Under the pieces are notes generated by a model that was not told where the DNA came from, did no database searches, and saw only the letters and a program-made list of their open reading frames with translations. From contig NC_068993.1 of NCBI RefSeq assembly GCF_001194135.2, positions 46,035,316 through 46,099,315 on the forward strand: a DNA stretch of 64,000 nucleotides, written 5' to 3'. How positions within the stretch are numbered: the first letter of the stretch is position 1; each line of letters opens with the position of its first letter. This document shows positions 37,057 to 47,883 of the stretch, piece after piece. Source of the DNA: Octopus bimaculoides (taxonomy: Eukaryota). Made by a program: the position numbers and the translations under genes.

Positions 37057-39173
37057 ATGTGCATATGGGTTTGTGTGCATGTCTATGGTGTAACAAATTC
37101 GAAAATTTTATGTTGTACATTCTCCGATAAATTTTAAATTATATTAGGTCACATACTGTGTTTCTGAAAGCGTGTTGTATTCGAAAAAGGATGAGCAGAA
37201 TCATAAATGAGAAAAATTAAAATTTTTGATCGCACTAAATATACACTCTCGACAACAAAATCGCACGCCATACTGTATCAAAATGACCATCAACATTTAC
37301 AAATTTCGAATTTCCAATATCGATGCGTAGAATAACAACCTTAAAGTGTGCACATAGTTACAACGTTAGTAACTCGTAACTATGAATGTTATTATCATGT
37401 TTATCAAAATGCTGGAAAGATATATCCTAAGAGACGAAGTCTTAGAATACTCCATACACTACGTTTACAATGACATAGTATGTTGCGTAACTGAATCAAA
37501 AATCAATTCGATGCATGTGTTTTCATAAAAGTTATATATTTACCGAGGAACAAATTGTGTTTCTGAAAACTGATTACACACACATGTACTTATATATGTA
37601 TACATACAAATATAATAATACATAGAAATCCATACAGCTACACTCATACATTCAGTGCATAAAAATATATGTGCATGTAAAGATATAAAATACAGATACA
37701 ATTAAGCACCTTCATCAACCGAAAGTAAATTCGATAAATTACAATTTAAATCACTCGGATTATATAGAATCACATCTACAGAGTCAAAAAACAACAATTA
37801 TGAAAAATTTGTTGAGACTTCACAGGATTGTTATTGCAAATACTTGTACTAAGTTGTACGTCACCAAGTACAATTTAAACTCTACTCTGAGCTATATATA
37901 TAATTATTTCTAAAAATACGCCTGGAATTCATTGTAACATAGGAAGCCCATAGAATGCTGCGTCAATTCGACTCCATAAATTTGAGTTATATAATGTGTA
38001 TACTAACTGAATAGACAACTTTATTACGTGTATATTATATATATAGAGAGAGTAAAACATATCAGAGTATAGTTAATCTATAGATATATTTGTACAGTTT
38101 TCTTTATCAAACTGTATAACTTTACAAATTTGTTTCGTAAATACATTGATGAACCCCACGGGGAAACATAAATTATTACTTCACTTCTATAAATGAAGAG
38201 AACTGATTTAATTAACATTTCAAATGATATATAAATATATATTTCAGCAAAAGCAGAAAGTTCTATACTTTCGTCTACATTGAAGAGGATTGCCATGTTG
38301 TATTTCACTTGAAAAATTCAGCAAAGTGTTGTGAAATGTTGTCAGTTTTATCATAGAGGTTGACAATATTATTAGAACTGTATCTAAGTTTTGTAAAATT
38401 ATAAGTTCTGCATTTTTCAAATTGAAGGAATATAGATGCGTTTGGTTTTATTACATTCTGTAAAAACTTGACGTAACATATTTTGAAACTTTTGGGAAGA
38501 TTTTTCGTTTTTGTTTTTGCTTACGCGTGAAAGCTTCTTAACAAGGTTAGACTATTTAAGTGTCGGAAGCATGATTATTTTGAGTATAACAGAAGCTCAA
38601 AGAATGCGCTGCATATTTACTAGTAGATTTTTTTTCATCGGCAAGTAAACATATTTATACGGTTCTATGGATATTTTAACTATATTCTGTCATGCAGCTT
38701 CCATAATTATACGAATTAGGGAATCGGAAATATCAAAATTACAGCTTCGATTGAAAATGCTTCTCTTTTAACATAATATAATACAGCGATTCCTTGAAGA
38801 ACCGTTGTGCATCTGCATCCAAATGCATTTTGAACACTCACGGTAGAGGATGCAAATAACTACAACACCAAACCGTATATGTATGTATAAACACCCACAC
38901 ACACGCATGCACACACGCGCGCGCACTCACTAAGACACACACACAAACACACACATAATTATATATGGATGGATAAATAGATATACGTATTGATATTGGT
39001 TTTCATGCATCCAGCGTCGATAAAATAGTGTACTAATCAAGTTATTAATCAGGTATTGAAGAAAATGTTATTGACTAACCACTCTCATAAAGATTCCTGT
39101 CCTTGTGACAAAGTTTAAAATCGTTATTATTGTTATTATTGTTGTTTTTGTTGTTGCTATTATTGTTATTTTT

Positions 39174-39411
39174 GAGTGCGAGAGTAGTGCATGCCATCAA
39201 AGTTACACTGAGGTACAAAAATACGCAGCCCAATATACCCATCACGACTACCTGTCTGATAAGAGTACACCAGACACATTTATCACAACCGCACGTGCGT
39301 GACATAGTGATCTCATATGAAGATAACATCGCATGACCTTGCGGGTGGGTCCATTTAGAATTTTCCTCAGGTCGGGTAGCCCATTCCACTCAAAAGGCCG
39401 CAGAATAAGGT
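39174..39411 (-). mobile_element. Family A truncated copy
   Basis: Homologous to 7899-8140; preceded by degenerate (TTA/TTG)n. Confidence 0.8.
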
Positions 39412-39439
39412 TCACCGTTGTCTATGTGTGTGTCTCTCT

Positions 39440-39940
39440 CTCCCCTCTTTCTCTTTTCTCTCTCTCGTTGTTCACACATGACCATCCTCCTTCTTTCTTT
39501 TCCTCACGTGACCATCTTTCTATTCCGGCACGACGTTCTAAGAACTCGACGTTCTCTTTCTCTCTCTTTTATCTTTTCTCTTTTGAAAGAAAATATTTCT
39601 CCCAGCGGTCATTATTTTCCTCTCGTTCTGGTCTAACGACCTTCCATGTTAGTTTTCGTGCGGTTTCCTTGCATATCACCACTGCCCTGTTTTTGTTCCC
39701 ATCTATGACCCTCCATAAATCCAAAATTTTATCCTGGAATTTATGAGAGTAACTGTCTTTGAAGACTCATATTGTCATTGGATGTTCGAAATGAGGAGTA
39801 AATAGACAGCCGACAACTGATGAAGGGTCGTTCTGTGTGTTTATTTGTCCTGTTTTCCATTTTTTCTCGTTGTTTGCATATTTTAACTCGTTTGTTTTCG
39901 TACTTCATGTTGTTTACACAGTTGACGTCCTGTACCCATA
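39440..39940 (+). repeat. Unclassified dispersed repeat (family D)
   Basis: Homologous in inverted orientation to 4690-5010. Confidence 0.5.
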
Positions 39941-39997
39941 CATCCATATATATTATTTATATCATTATTTAATTGAAAGCCACGCATCCTTTTCCAA

Positions 39998-40035
<38 letters not shown>

Positions 40036-40143
40036 NNNNNNNNNNNNNNNNNNNNNNNNNNNNNNNNNNNNNNNNNNNNNNNNNNNNNNNNNNNNNNNNN
40101 NNNNNNNNNNNNNNNNNNNNNNNNNNNNNNNNNNNNNNNNNNN

Positions 40144-40178
<35 letters not shown>

Positions 40179-41465
40179 AAATATTATCCAACTAACTAAT
40201 TCCTATGAAAATGAGAGGAGAGGCTTTCCATGAAATTTCAGTTAAAATTAGATATAAAATACAGCGAATAATACGTATGATCTTTGGTTATGTAGTGATA
40301 ACTCCGGACATGTTTCAGTCTGAATTCTCATCAACGAAATATCACTGTAGGTGCAAAATCTTACACCGACTAGAGATATAGCTTTCATAAATCAATACTG
40401 AGTGCATAGTTTATTTTAATTTTCTGCTATTGTTTCGTCAGTCTGTAAAACTACAATGTCAGAGATGCCGCCGCCTAGTTTACGATTAAGTTTTCAAGCG
40501 TGATTGATTTTGAAACATATCCGGAGTTATCGCTACACTATCAAATATCACACATTCTTTGCTGTATTTCGTATTCAATTTTAAGGAAATTAATCGATAA
40601 TAAACTAGATAAACAAAGAAGAATTTAGCGGTCGACATCTTGCCAATACCATAACGTGTATTCGTAGCTTGGTCATCAAAACGCAAGTTTCTTTACCTTG
40701 CAATCCTTTGAGTAGTCATATAATACTGGGGGAAACAAACAATTAGAAGCCAGTTCACGTACCGCATTTCCTGGCGTCGAAGTCGCTACTTTTTTTCCTA
40801 AGATAAGACTCGAAAATCTATCATGCGTCCTGGAGACCGAAAGTTGCATTTTACATAGGCATATCCTAACTCCAGAGGAAAACTCTCTGTGTTAGACAGT
40901 AATCTGAACCCCTGTAAATGAACATTCAGTGAAGTGTATAAATCATGCTTCGTTTAAGTAGTAAATAAACAAAATTATCTTAGAAATTTCCTAAAGAATC
41001 CAGGTAAAAATATCACAGGTAAAAAAAAGTCACGTTTTTAAAACATACGCAATCACAAAAATTCATTCCCGTATGGGCAGTGTATGTTAGACGAGGCAAC
41101 TGACGAGCGATATTTTACGTGTATCTATGTTGCTGGTATTGTCACTCTTCCAATAGCCTACTTTAAGGGAACATTATTAAGTGACGAAAAAAGTAAAACT
41201 GCGGTATATTTAAAAAAGGTTTACAAGCAAATGTTCATAACAATACTATCGTAATCACTTACTTTCTGTGATGAAACGTGTTGCGTTCAGTTATCACTTA
41301 CTCGTTCCCCGTGATGAAATGTGTTGTGTTCAGACAGCAACACTGACTTCTTCCTTGATCTCTGAAAGCCATGGCCTTAACCAGTTCAAACTTGGGCATG
41401 CTGACTTTGGGAATGATCCAGAACGTCGGAAAATTTTACTTAAAATCTTTAGCACAACCGTTGTA

Positions 41466-42726
41466 ATGGCAAACTCAAGGAGAAGATACTCGTACACTAT
41501 TGACTACAAGATACAAGTGATTGAATATGCCAAACAATATGGCAACGGGGCTGCAGAGAGGCATTTTGGAGCACCAAAAACTAAGAAAATGATCCACTAC
41601 TGGAAGAAACAAGAGGACATGTTGAAGCCTGCATCAAGGCTTAAACGTAACCCTCATCGGACTGGAGCTAAGTGACCAGAACTGGAGAAAAAAATGGAGT
41701 GGATGATTGCGAAGAGAAATGATATTCGAGTCTTGCAGTATCAACAAAAGTGATTATTTATGAATCGAAAATGAGGACAGCTGCGTGGTGTGGATGATTT
41801 TCGTGGCACATCAAGCTGGTTTTACAGATTTGTGAAGAAGCACAGACTGGCAATGAGAATGAAAATAAGAATAGCGCAAAAAAGCCTGAAGATTATGATA
41901 AAATAATCGAATTTCACAGGTTCATAATCAGTGCAAAAAAAGAGACTGACCACGAACAGGGACAGCTCGGAAACATGGATGTGGTGTGACTAACGTTTGA
42001 TGTGTTATCAAATAGAACAGTGGATGTTAAAGGGTCCAGAACCATAAGTGTAAAGACATCTAGACATGAGAAAACCCATTATACTGCGGTACTATCGTGT
42101 CGTGCTAATGGAGCTAAACTGCCACCGCTGCTTATTTTCAAGAGGAAAACTTTACTAACACACAAAACTGCACGTGGAATTTTTGTTCTCGTCCACCCAA
42201 AGGGGAGGATAGATGAAGAGAGTGTGAAGTTATGGCTAGATATGGTCTGTTCAAGGCGTTCCCGTGGCCTCCTTAAAAACCATACCTTCATGTGTGGGAC
42301 GAGTTTCGTGCCCACAAAACAAAGGCCATTAAAGAAAGTGTGCAGAAATCGAAAACGAAAATGGCAGTGATCTCTGGTGGTTTAACAATCTAATTACAAC
42401 GACTGGACGCATCAATCAACACGCCTTTTAAAGCATTTATGAAAGAAGAGTAGAATTAGTGGATTAGAGGCAAGGAATATGATCGAACACCAACAGGTCA
42501 TTGGAAAAGGCCAACAATTGCTCAGGTGTACGAGTGTGTCCTGAAATCATGGAACGCTGTGAAAATTGTTGTAATAAAACCTTTCAAAAACTGTAGTATC
42601 AGTAATGCATTAGATGGCACAGAAGATGACATCCTATTTGAAGATAGTGGCACTTCGGACAGTATTGACGACCTTGATAACCTTTCTGGTTTTGGAGCTA
42701 TGGATGACTGCAGACAATTTACATAA
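41466..42726 (+). pseudogene. pogo-type transposase pseudogene (Brinker-like DBD, CENP-B HTH, DDE_1)
   Basis: MANSRRRYSYTIDYKIQVIEYAKQYGNGAAERHFG..., GNMD..LTFD, EKTHYTAVLSCRANGAKLPPLLIFKRK, VWD(42298)EFRAH...LQRLD(42406)ASINTPFK, KSWNAV, SISNALDGTEDD. There are 35 codons between D2 and D3, with several stops and frameshifts. Confidence 0.92.
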
Positions 42727-43331
42727 GTTTAATGTTTGCACAATTTGATTGTAACGTTTGTTTTGTCATGTTCTCGTGAAATATTTACAAATGGCTATAA
42801 CGTGAAATATTTTCAGGTTTTGAAGATTAAAATACGTTTTCTTATATGTAATATTTCAACTGTGCAGATTCTAATCTCTAATCTGTTTTTATTTTGTTCT
42901 ATTTGGGATGTCATGTTTGTGTGGTACTTCTATAAATGGTTGCAATATGCAAAATATTTTCAGAATTTTGTGATTGAAATGATTTTTATTGTGTAGATTT
43001 TTTCTATAATCTTTATTTTTTTGTTTTGTTCTATTTTGGGATTTCATGTTCATGTGGTATTTTTACAAAGTGTAACTGTGCAATGAAATGTTATTCCGCA
43101 TTTCTCACATTAATTTTCCTATTATGGAGTTTAGTTTTTTCTTTGTCTGGGACAAAAAAAGTACTGTATTAGTCTACATTCAATACTACCAAAATCTTAA
43201 AATACCAGCTGTAACCTCGTCCACTTGCATGAAGTGAGACACTACTGGCCAAGAACCTTTCTAATAAAACGAATGAAGATAAAAATTACTGCTGGGCCGA
43301 ACGTGAATAGTCGAACTTGAGTAGCATAGTG

Positions 43332-43597
43332 CAGGAGTGGATCAAGGAATTTCTGGTGATGGGTGAACATGAGGTCTGATTCATTGCAATTAATCACTGA
43401 AATGACAGTGCAATATGTTCAGAGATACTAAAAAAAAAAGGAAATATATTTTATGCTGAACCCTTCAAGGGCTGTTTGTTGCCGGTACAAAAATATGCTT
43501 TCCATCATACATATTCAAACAAAACAGTCAAATTTCAAAAGTTTCTTGGTTGGTGTTGGCGGTGCATCCCCTATCCCCCCCTCTGAATCCATCCCTG
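43332..43597. mobile_element. hAT-like MITE nested in the pogo element
   Basis: CAGGAGTGGATC at the left and GAATCCATCCCTG at the right are imperfect TIRs; flanks GCATAGTG and TCATAGTG match at 7/8 as a TSD. Confidence 0.6.
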
Positions 43598-44404
43598 TCA
43601 TAGTGTAGTTTCGATGTTACAGTGAGTTCATAAAGGTAGGCGTTCCAGACCATGTCTCTGTACTGACAGTCCCATAAAACAAATTGGTAAGGGAGGTGAG
43701 CGCTGCCTTTTGTTACTTTTACAGACGCGAGTGTGAGATCACAACGGGAGTCAGTCACAGTTAGCCAACGTAAGGGATAGCGCAAATAAGTGTTAGACGA
43801 CCAGCTAAAATAAATGATGGGAACATTTTAAGTGGCGAACTGGAGATTACAGTGATGCATTTTTTTTTATTGCATCTGTAATGTTCCGAAGTGCCGGGAC
43901 ATTATTTTTATGTTCTTTATTATTATTTTTTTTTTAATTAATTTTTGGTTGTCAAAATTAGTGTGCGTCATCGAGGACGAAGCTTCTTCGACGTTGGAAA
44001 ACATGGTAATTTCTAAATATAATTAAAATATGATCAAAGACCTTCCTGAGCCGTAGGCTCATAAGGATTTTGATTTTCCGGATTCTGTAACACTTATTTG
44101 TCCCATCCCCTGGACGTGATGCCTTCCCATGGTAGGCTTATTCCATATTTCCCAACTGAGTAGATGGAATGGAGTCATGCTCAAGAACACAACTCTGCGA
44201 GATTCAGGAATCATATCCACAATCTAACAAGCATGTGTTTAACACACCAATCGCCAAGTCACGCGCCTCTGCACACACACAAACACAGACACATTCACAC
44301 ATACACACTTACTCACTCACACGCAAACACACACACACGCAAACACACACACACGCACAAGGGTGTATGTACAAATATTTATATTGTTATATGTATGAGT
44401 GTAT

Positions 44405-44455
<51 letters not shown>

Positions 44456-44941
44456 TTACAGATATAAATAATTATCTATTTGTGTGTATTGTATATGTAT
44501 ATATGTATTGAGATAAGTATAAATTAATACAGATATTCGCGTTTCTATAGTCTATATATGTGTCTGTAAAATAAATAAATTGTTTTTCAGTTTTCAAATT
44601 AAATCATTGAAAATATTTTTTTTTTTACAGAAAATATCAAAAGAAAATAAAACTAAATTTTGTTCACCAACAACTTAGACAGCATTCACCAGTTGCTTTC
44701 ATTATTATTCTATTATTTGTTAATTTGTTAAATAGAGAAATTTAAAGAACATTTTTCTATATGTTTAACTGAGTGAAACCGATTGTCTGCAGTTATAATA
44801 AGAAATAAATGCTTATTTGTTGGGCATAACATAAATTTTAAATTATTTCTGCGCCATTCAATATTTCCAGCTAATACTACGCATAATATAGCTTATACAG
44901 ATCCTAATGATGTAAATTGGTTTTATAATGAAAAAGATTTT

Positions 44942-45015
44942 TTCGTTCGCTAGTTCGTTCGTTCATTCGTTCGTTCATTCGTTCGTTCATTCGTTCGTTC
45001 ATTCGTTCGTTCGTT
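44942..45015 (+). repeat. (TTCGTTCGTTCA)n 12-bp compound repeat
   Basis: Direct sequence. Confidence 0.9.
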
Positions 45016-45059
45016 CCTTATTGTTCTTGTTCTTGCTTTTCTTCTTCTTCTTATTATTA

Positions 45060-45115
<56 letters not shown>

Positions 45116-45361
45116 GAGTGAGAGAGCAGTGCATGCCATCAAAGTGACACTGGGGTAAAATATACGAAGCCCATTATACCCATCATGACTACCCGTCTGA
45201 TAAGGGTACACCAGGCACATGCATCTCACGCATATGTGCGCGACACGGTGACCTCATATCAAGATATACAGCGCATGACCTCGCAGGTGGGGCCCATTAG
45301 AATTTTTTTTCAGGTCGAGTAGCCCATCCCGCTCAAAAGGTCTCTGAATAAGGTTTGTTTA
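45116..45361 (-). mobile_element. Family A truncated copy
   Basis: Follows (TTA)n; homologous to 7899-8145. Confidence 0.85.
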
Positions 45362-45376
45362 TTACTATTATTATTG

Positions 45377-45486
45377 TTCACTACCGAGCGCAGCTCTGTG
45401 TGCCTTGGGTATGTGCTGTGGTTTGCTGTGATGCCCTTATGGTTACTGTATTGAAAGTGTTTTGCGTAGGATGTGTGCAGTGCCCT
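45377..45486 (-). mobile_element. Family B (Dong-type) 3' fragment
   Basis: CACTACCGAGCGCAGCTCTG...GGATGTGTGCAG block. Confidence 0.85.
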
Positions 45487-45528
45487 ATTATTATTATTAT
45501 TATTTTTATTATTATTATGATTATTATG

Positions 45529-45600
<72 letters not shown>

Positions 45601-45759
45601 TTTATTGAAGACATCGAAAACTATCCAATAGCGTGAACGTTGTATATTGAAGATATTGTGAGTACCGGGGATTTGTACTTTCTGTCAAGTCACAACAAGA
45701 CCTCAGGCAGTCAGTAATTTACACAGTATGCGTACAGTTCCAAGTAAAACCGATTATTG

Positions 45760-45915
45760 TAATATACGAAGGGTGTATGTAGCGTGTTTTTAAAGTGTGT
45801 ATTCAGGTTGGGTGGTACTGAACCCAATGCTCCGATATCAACAATCAATCTTGATGTCTGACCCTCGCAGCTGCCACATCTTGGTGATCTCAATTTTCAG
45901 GTTTCCGTATTTGTT
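45760..45915 (-). mobile_element. Third REL-type LINE fragment
   Basis: Minus strand reads NKYGNLKIEITKMWQLR / IVDIGALGSVPPNLNTHFKNTL with frameshifts, the R4/Dong KY..LKIEI..MW...IGALG motif. It is distinct in sequence from families B and F. Confidence 0.7.
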
Positions 45916-46067
45916 GAAGATTTCTCTTCCTAATACAGTTCTATATTTAAGAGATGAGGAATTATGTACATTCTTTACATTATTTATATTTGACGGATAT
46001 TTGTCAAATGTATTAATAATAATAACAATAATAATAACAACAATAATAATAATAATATTAATAATAA

Positions 46068-46130
<63 letters not shown>

Positions 46131-46132
<2 letters not shown>

Positions 46133-46290
46133 TCGAAAAATACCTTAGGAATGAGAACCCAGGTTCGAAATCTCCCCAAGACACCCGATGAAGGCTGGAG
46201 GGTATATCAGCCGAAATCTTATGTTAACAACAAACAAGATGAGGACAATTATCGTCACATGTAAATAATATAAATAATCTCTCTTCCTTT
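46131..46290 (+). mobile_element. Penelope-like terminal repeat fragment with hammerhead-like motif
   Basis: Follows (AAT)n and contains GACAC-CCGATGA-A-GGCTG-N10-CAGCC-GAAA-TCTT-ATGTT (46180-46225). Confidence 0.5.
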
Positions 46291-46324
46291 CATGACTATG
46301 TCGAACTCCTGGCATTACTACGTC

Positions 46325-46485
46325 AATTATTAACCACTATTGTTTTCCCTCCCAAAGGCCACTATATCCGGGTTTCGTTGGTTCTGGAAGACAATATCTC
46401 TTGGGATCTTTACCTTCTAATTTTCGTCCATTACCTTTTCCTCAGCATGTTGGTACCCTCCACCCGTTACCTCGTACCCACAGTT
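46325..46485 (+). repeat. Dispersed repeat (family E)
   Basis: TTTCGTCCATTACCTTTTCC.CAGCATGTTGGTACC...CCGTTACCTCGTA is shared with 49378-49440. Confidence 0.7.
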
Positions 46486-46643
46486 TATTATTATTATCAT
46501 TATTATTATTATCATCGCCATTATTGATATGATTGTTAGAAATAGAAGTAGTAGTAGTAATAGTTATAATAATAGTAGTAGCTAGTGGTGGTGATGATGG
46601 CTTTGCTGATCGAGTGCTTTTCTACTCGTTGAAGGATTATCAC

Positions 46644-46679
<36 letters not shown>

Positions 46680-46689
46680 NNNNNNNNNN

Positions 46690-46728
<39 letters not shown>

Positions 46729-46964
46729 AGAGAGAGAGAGAATGTGTGTGGGAGAGAGAGGGAGAGAGAATATGAGAGAGAGAGTGAGAAGGAGCAAGAG
46801 AGCATAAACAGCCAGGAGGATTAGGATTTCAGCCGATGTTCTAGTGATCTGATGAGCTAGCTTTCTATACCTCTACTGATGTGTGAATATACTATAGTGT
46901 TGCATAAATGTGTCCCATACATATTAGTACGGACATATATTGTAATACACTTAATTTATTATTA

Positions 46965-47205
46965 GGCGGCGAGCTGGCAGAAACGTTAGCACGCCGGGCG
47001 AAATGCTCAGCGGTATTTCGTCTGACCGCTACGTTCTGAGTTCAAATTCCGCCGAGGTCGACTTTGCCTTTCATCCTTTCGGGGTCGATTAAATAAGTAC
47101 CAGTTACGCACTGGGGTCGATATAATCGATTTAATCCGTTTGTCTGTCCTTGTTTGTCCCCTCTGTGTGTAGCCCCTTGTGGGTAGTAAACAAATAACAC
47201 AAATA
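46965..47205 (+). mobile_element. Intact tRNA-derived SINE S1 with 18-bp TSD
   Basis: ACACTTAATTTATTATTA at 46947-46964 and 47206-47223; A-box TGGCAGAAACG and B-box GAGTTCAAATTCC. Confidence 0.92.
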
Positions 47206-47849
47206 ACACTTAATTTATTATTACATGACGAAATCTGCGAAATGGCCATTAGCCTAAGGATGGCAAATAGTTAAATAAATATATNNNNNNNNNNNNNNNN
47301 NNNNNNNNNNNNNNNNNNNNNNNNNNNNNNNNNNNNNNNNNNNNNNNNNNNNNNNNNNNNNNNNNNNNNNNNNNNNNNNNNNNNNNNNNNNNNNNNNNNN
47401 NNNNNNNNNNNNNNNNNNNNNNNNNNNNNNNNNNNNNNNNNNNNNNNNNNNNNNNNNNNNNNNNNNNNNNNNNNNNNNNNNNNNNNNNNNNNNNNNNNNN
47501 NNNNNNNNNNNNNNNNNNNNNNNNNNNNNNNNNNNNNNNNNNNNNNNNNNNNNNNNNNNNNNNNNNNNNNNNNNNNNNNNNNNNNNNNNNNNNNNNNNNN
47601 NNNNNNNNNNNNNNNNNNNNNNNNNNNNNNNNNNNNNNNNNNNNNNNNNNNNNNNNNNNNNNNNNNNNNNNNNNNNNNNNNNNNNNNNNNNNNNNNNNNN
47701 NNNNNNNNNNNNNNNNNNNNNNNNNNNNNNNNNNNNNNNNNNNNNNNNNNNNNNNNNNNNNNNNNNNNNNNNNNNNNNNNNNNNNNNNNNNNNNNNNNNN
47801 NNNNNNNNNNNNNNNNNNNNNNNNNNNNNNNNNNNNNNNNNNNNNNNNN

Positions 47850-47883
<34 letters not shown>

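Larger units (their letters stand above)
40762..44006 (+). mobile_element. Full-length decayed pogo-superfamily DNA transposon (DD35D, Passer/POGK-like)
   Basis: TA|CCGCATTTCCTGGCGTCGAAG at the left and CTTCGACGTTGGAAAACATGG|TA at the right are imperfect TIRs with a TA TSD; internal transposase pseudogene. Confidence 0.8.
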
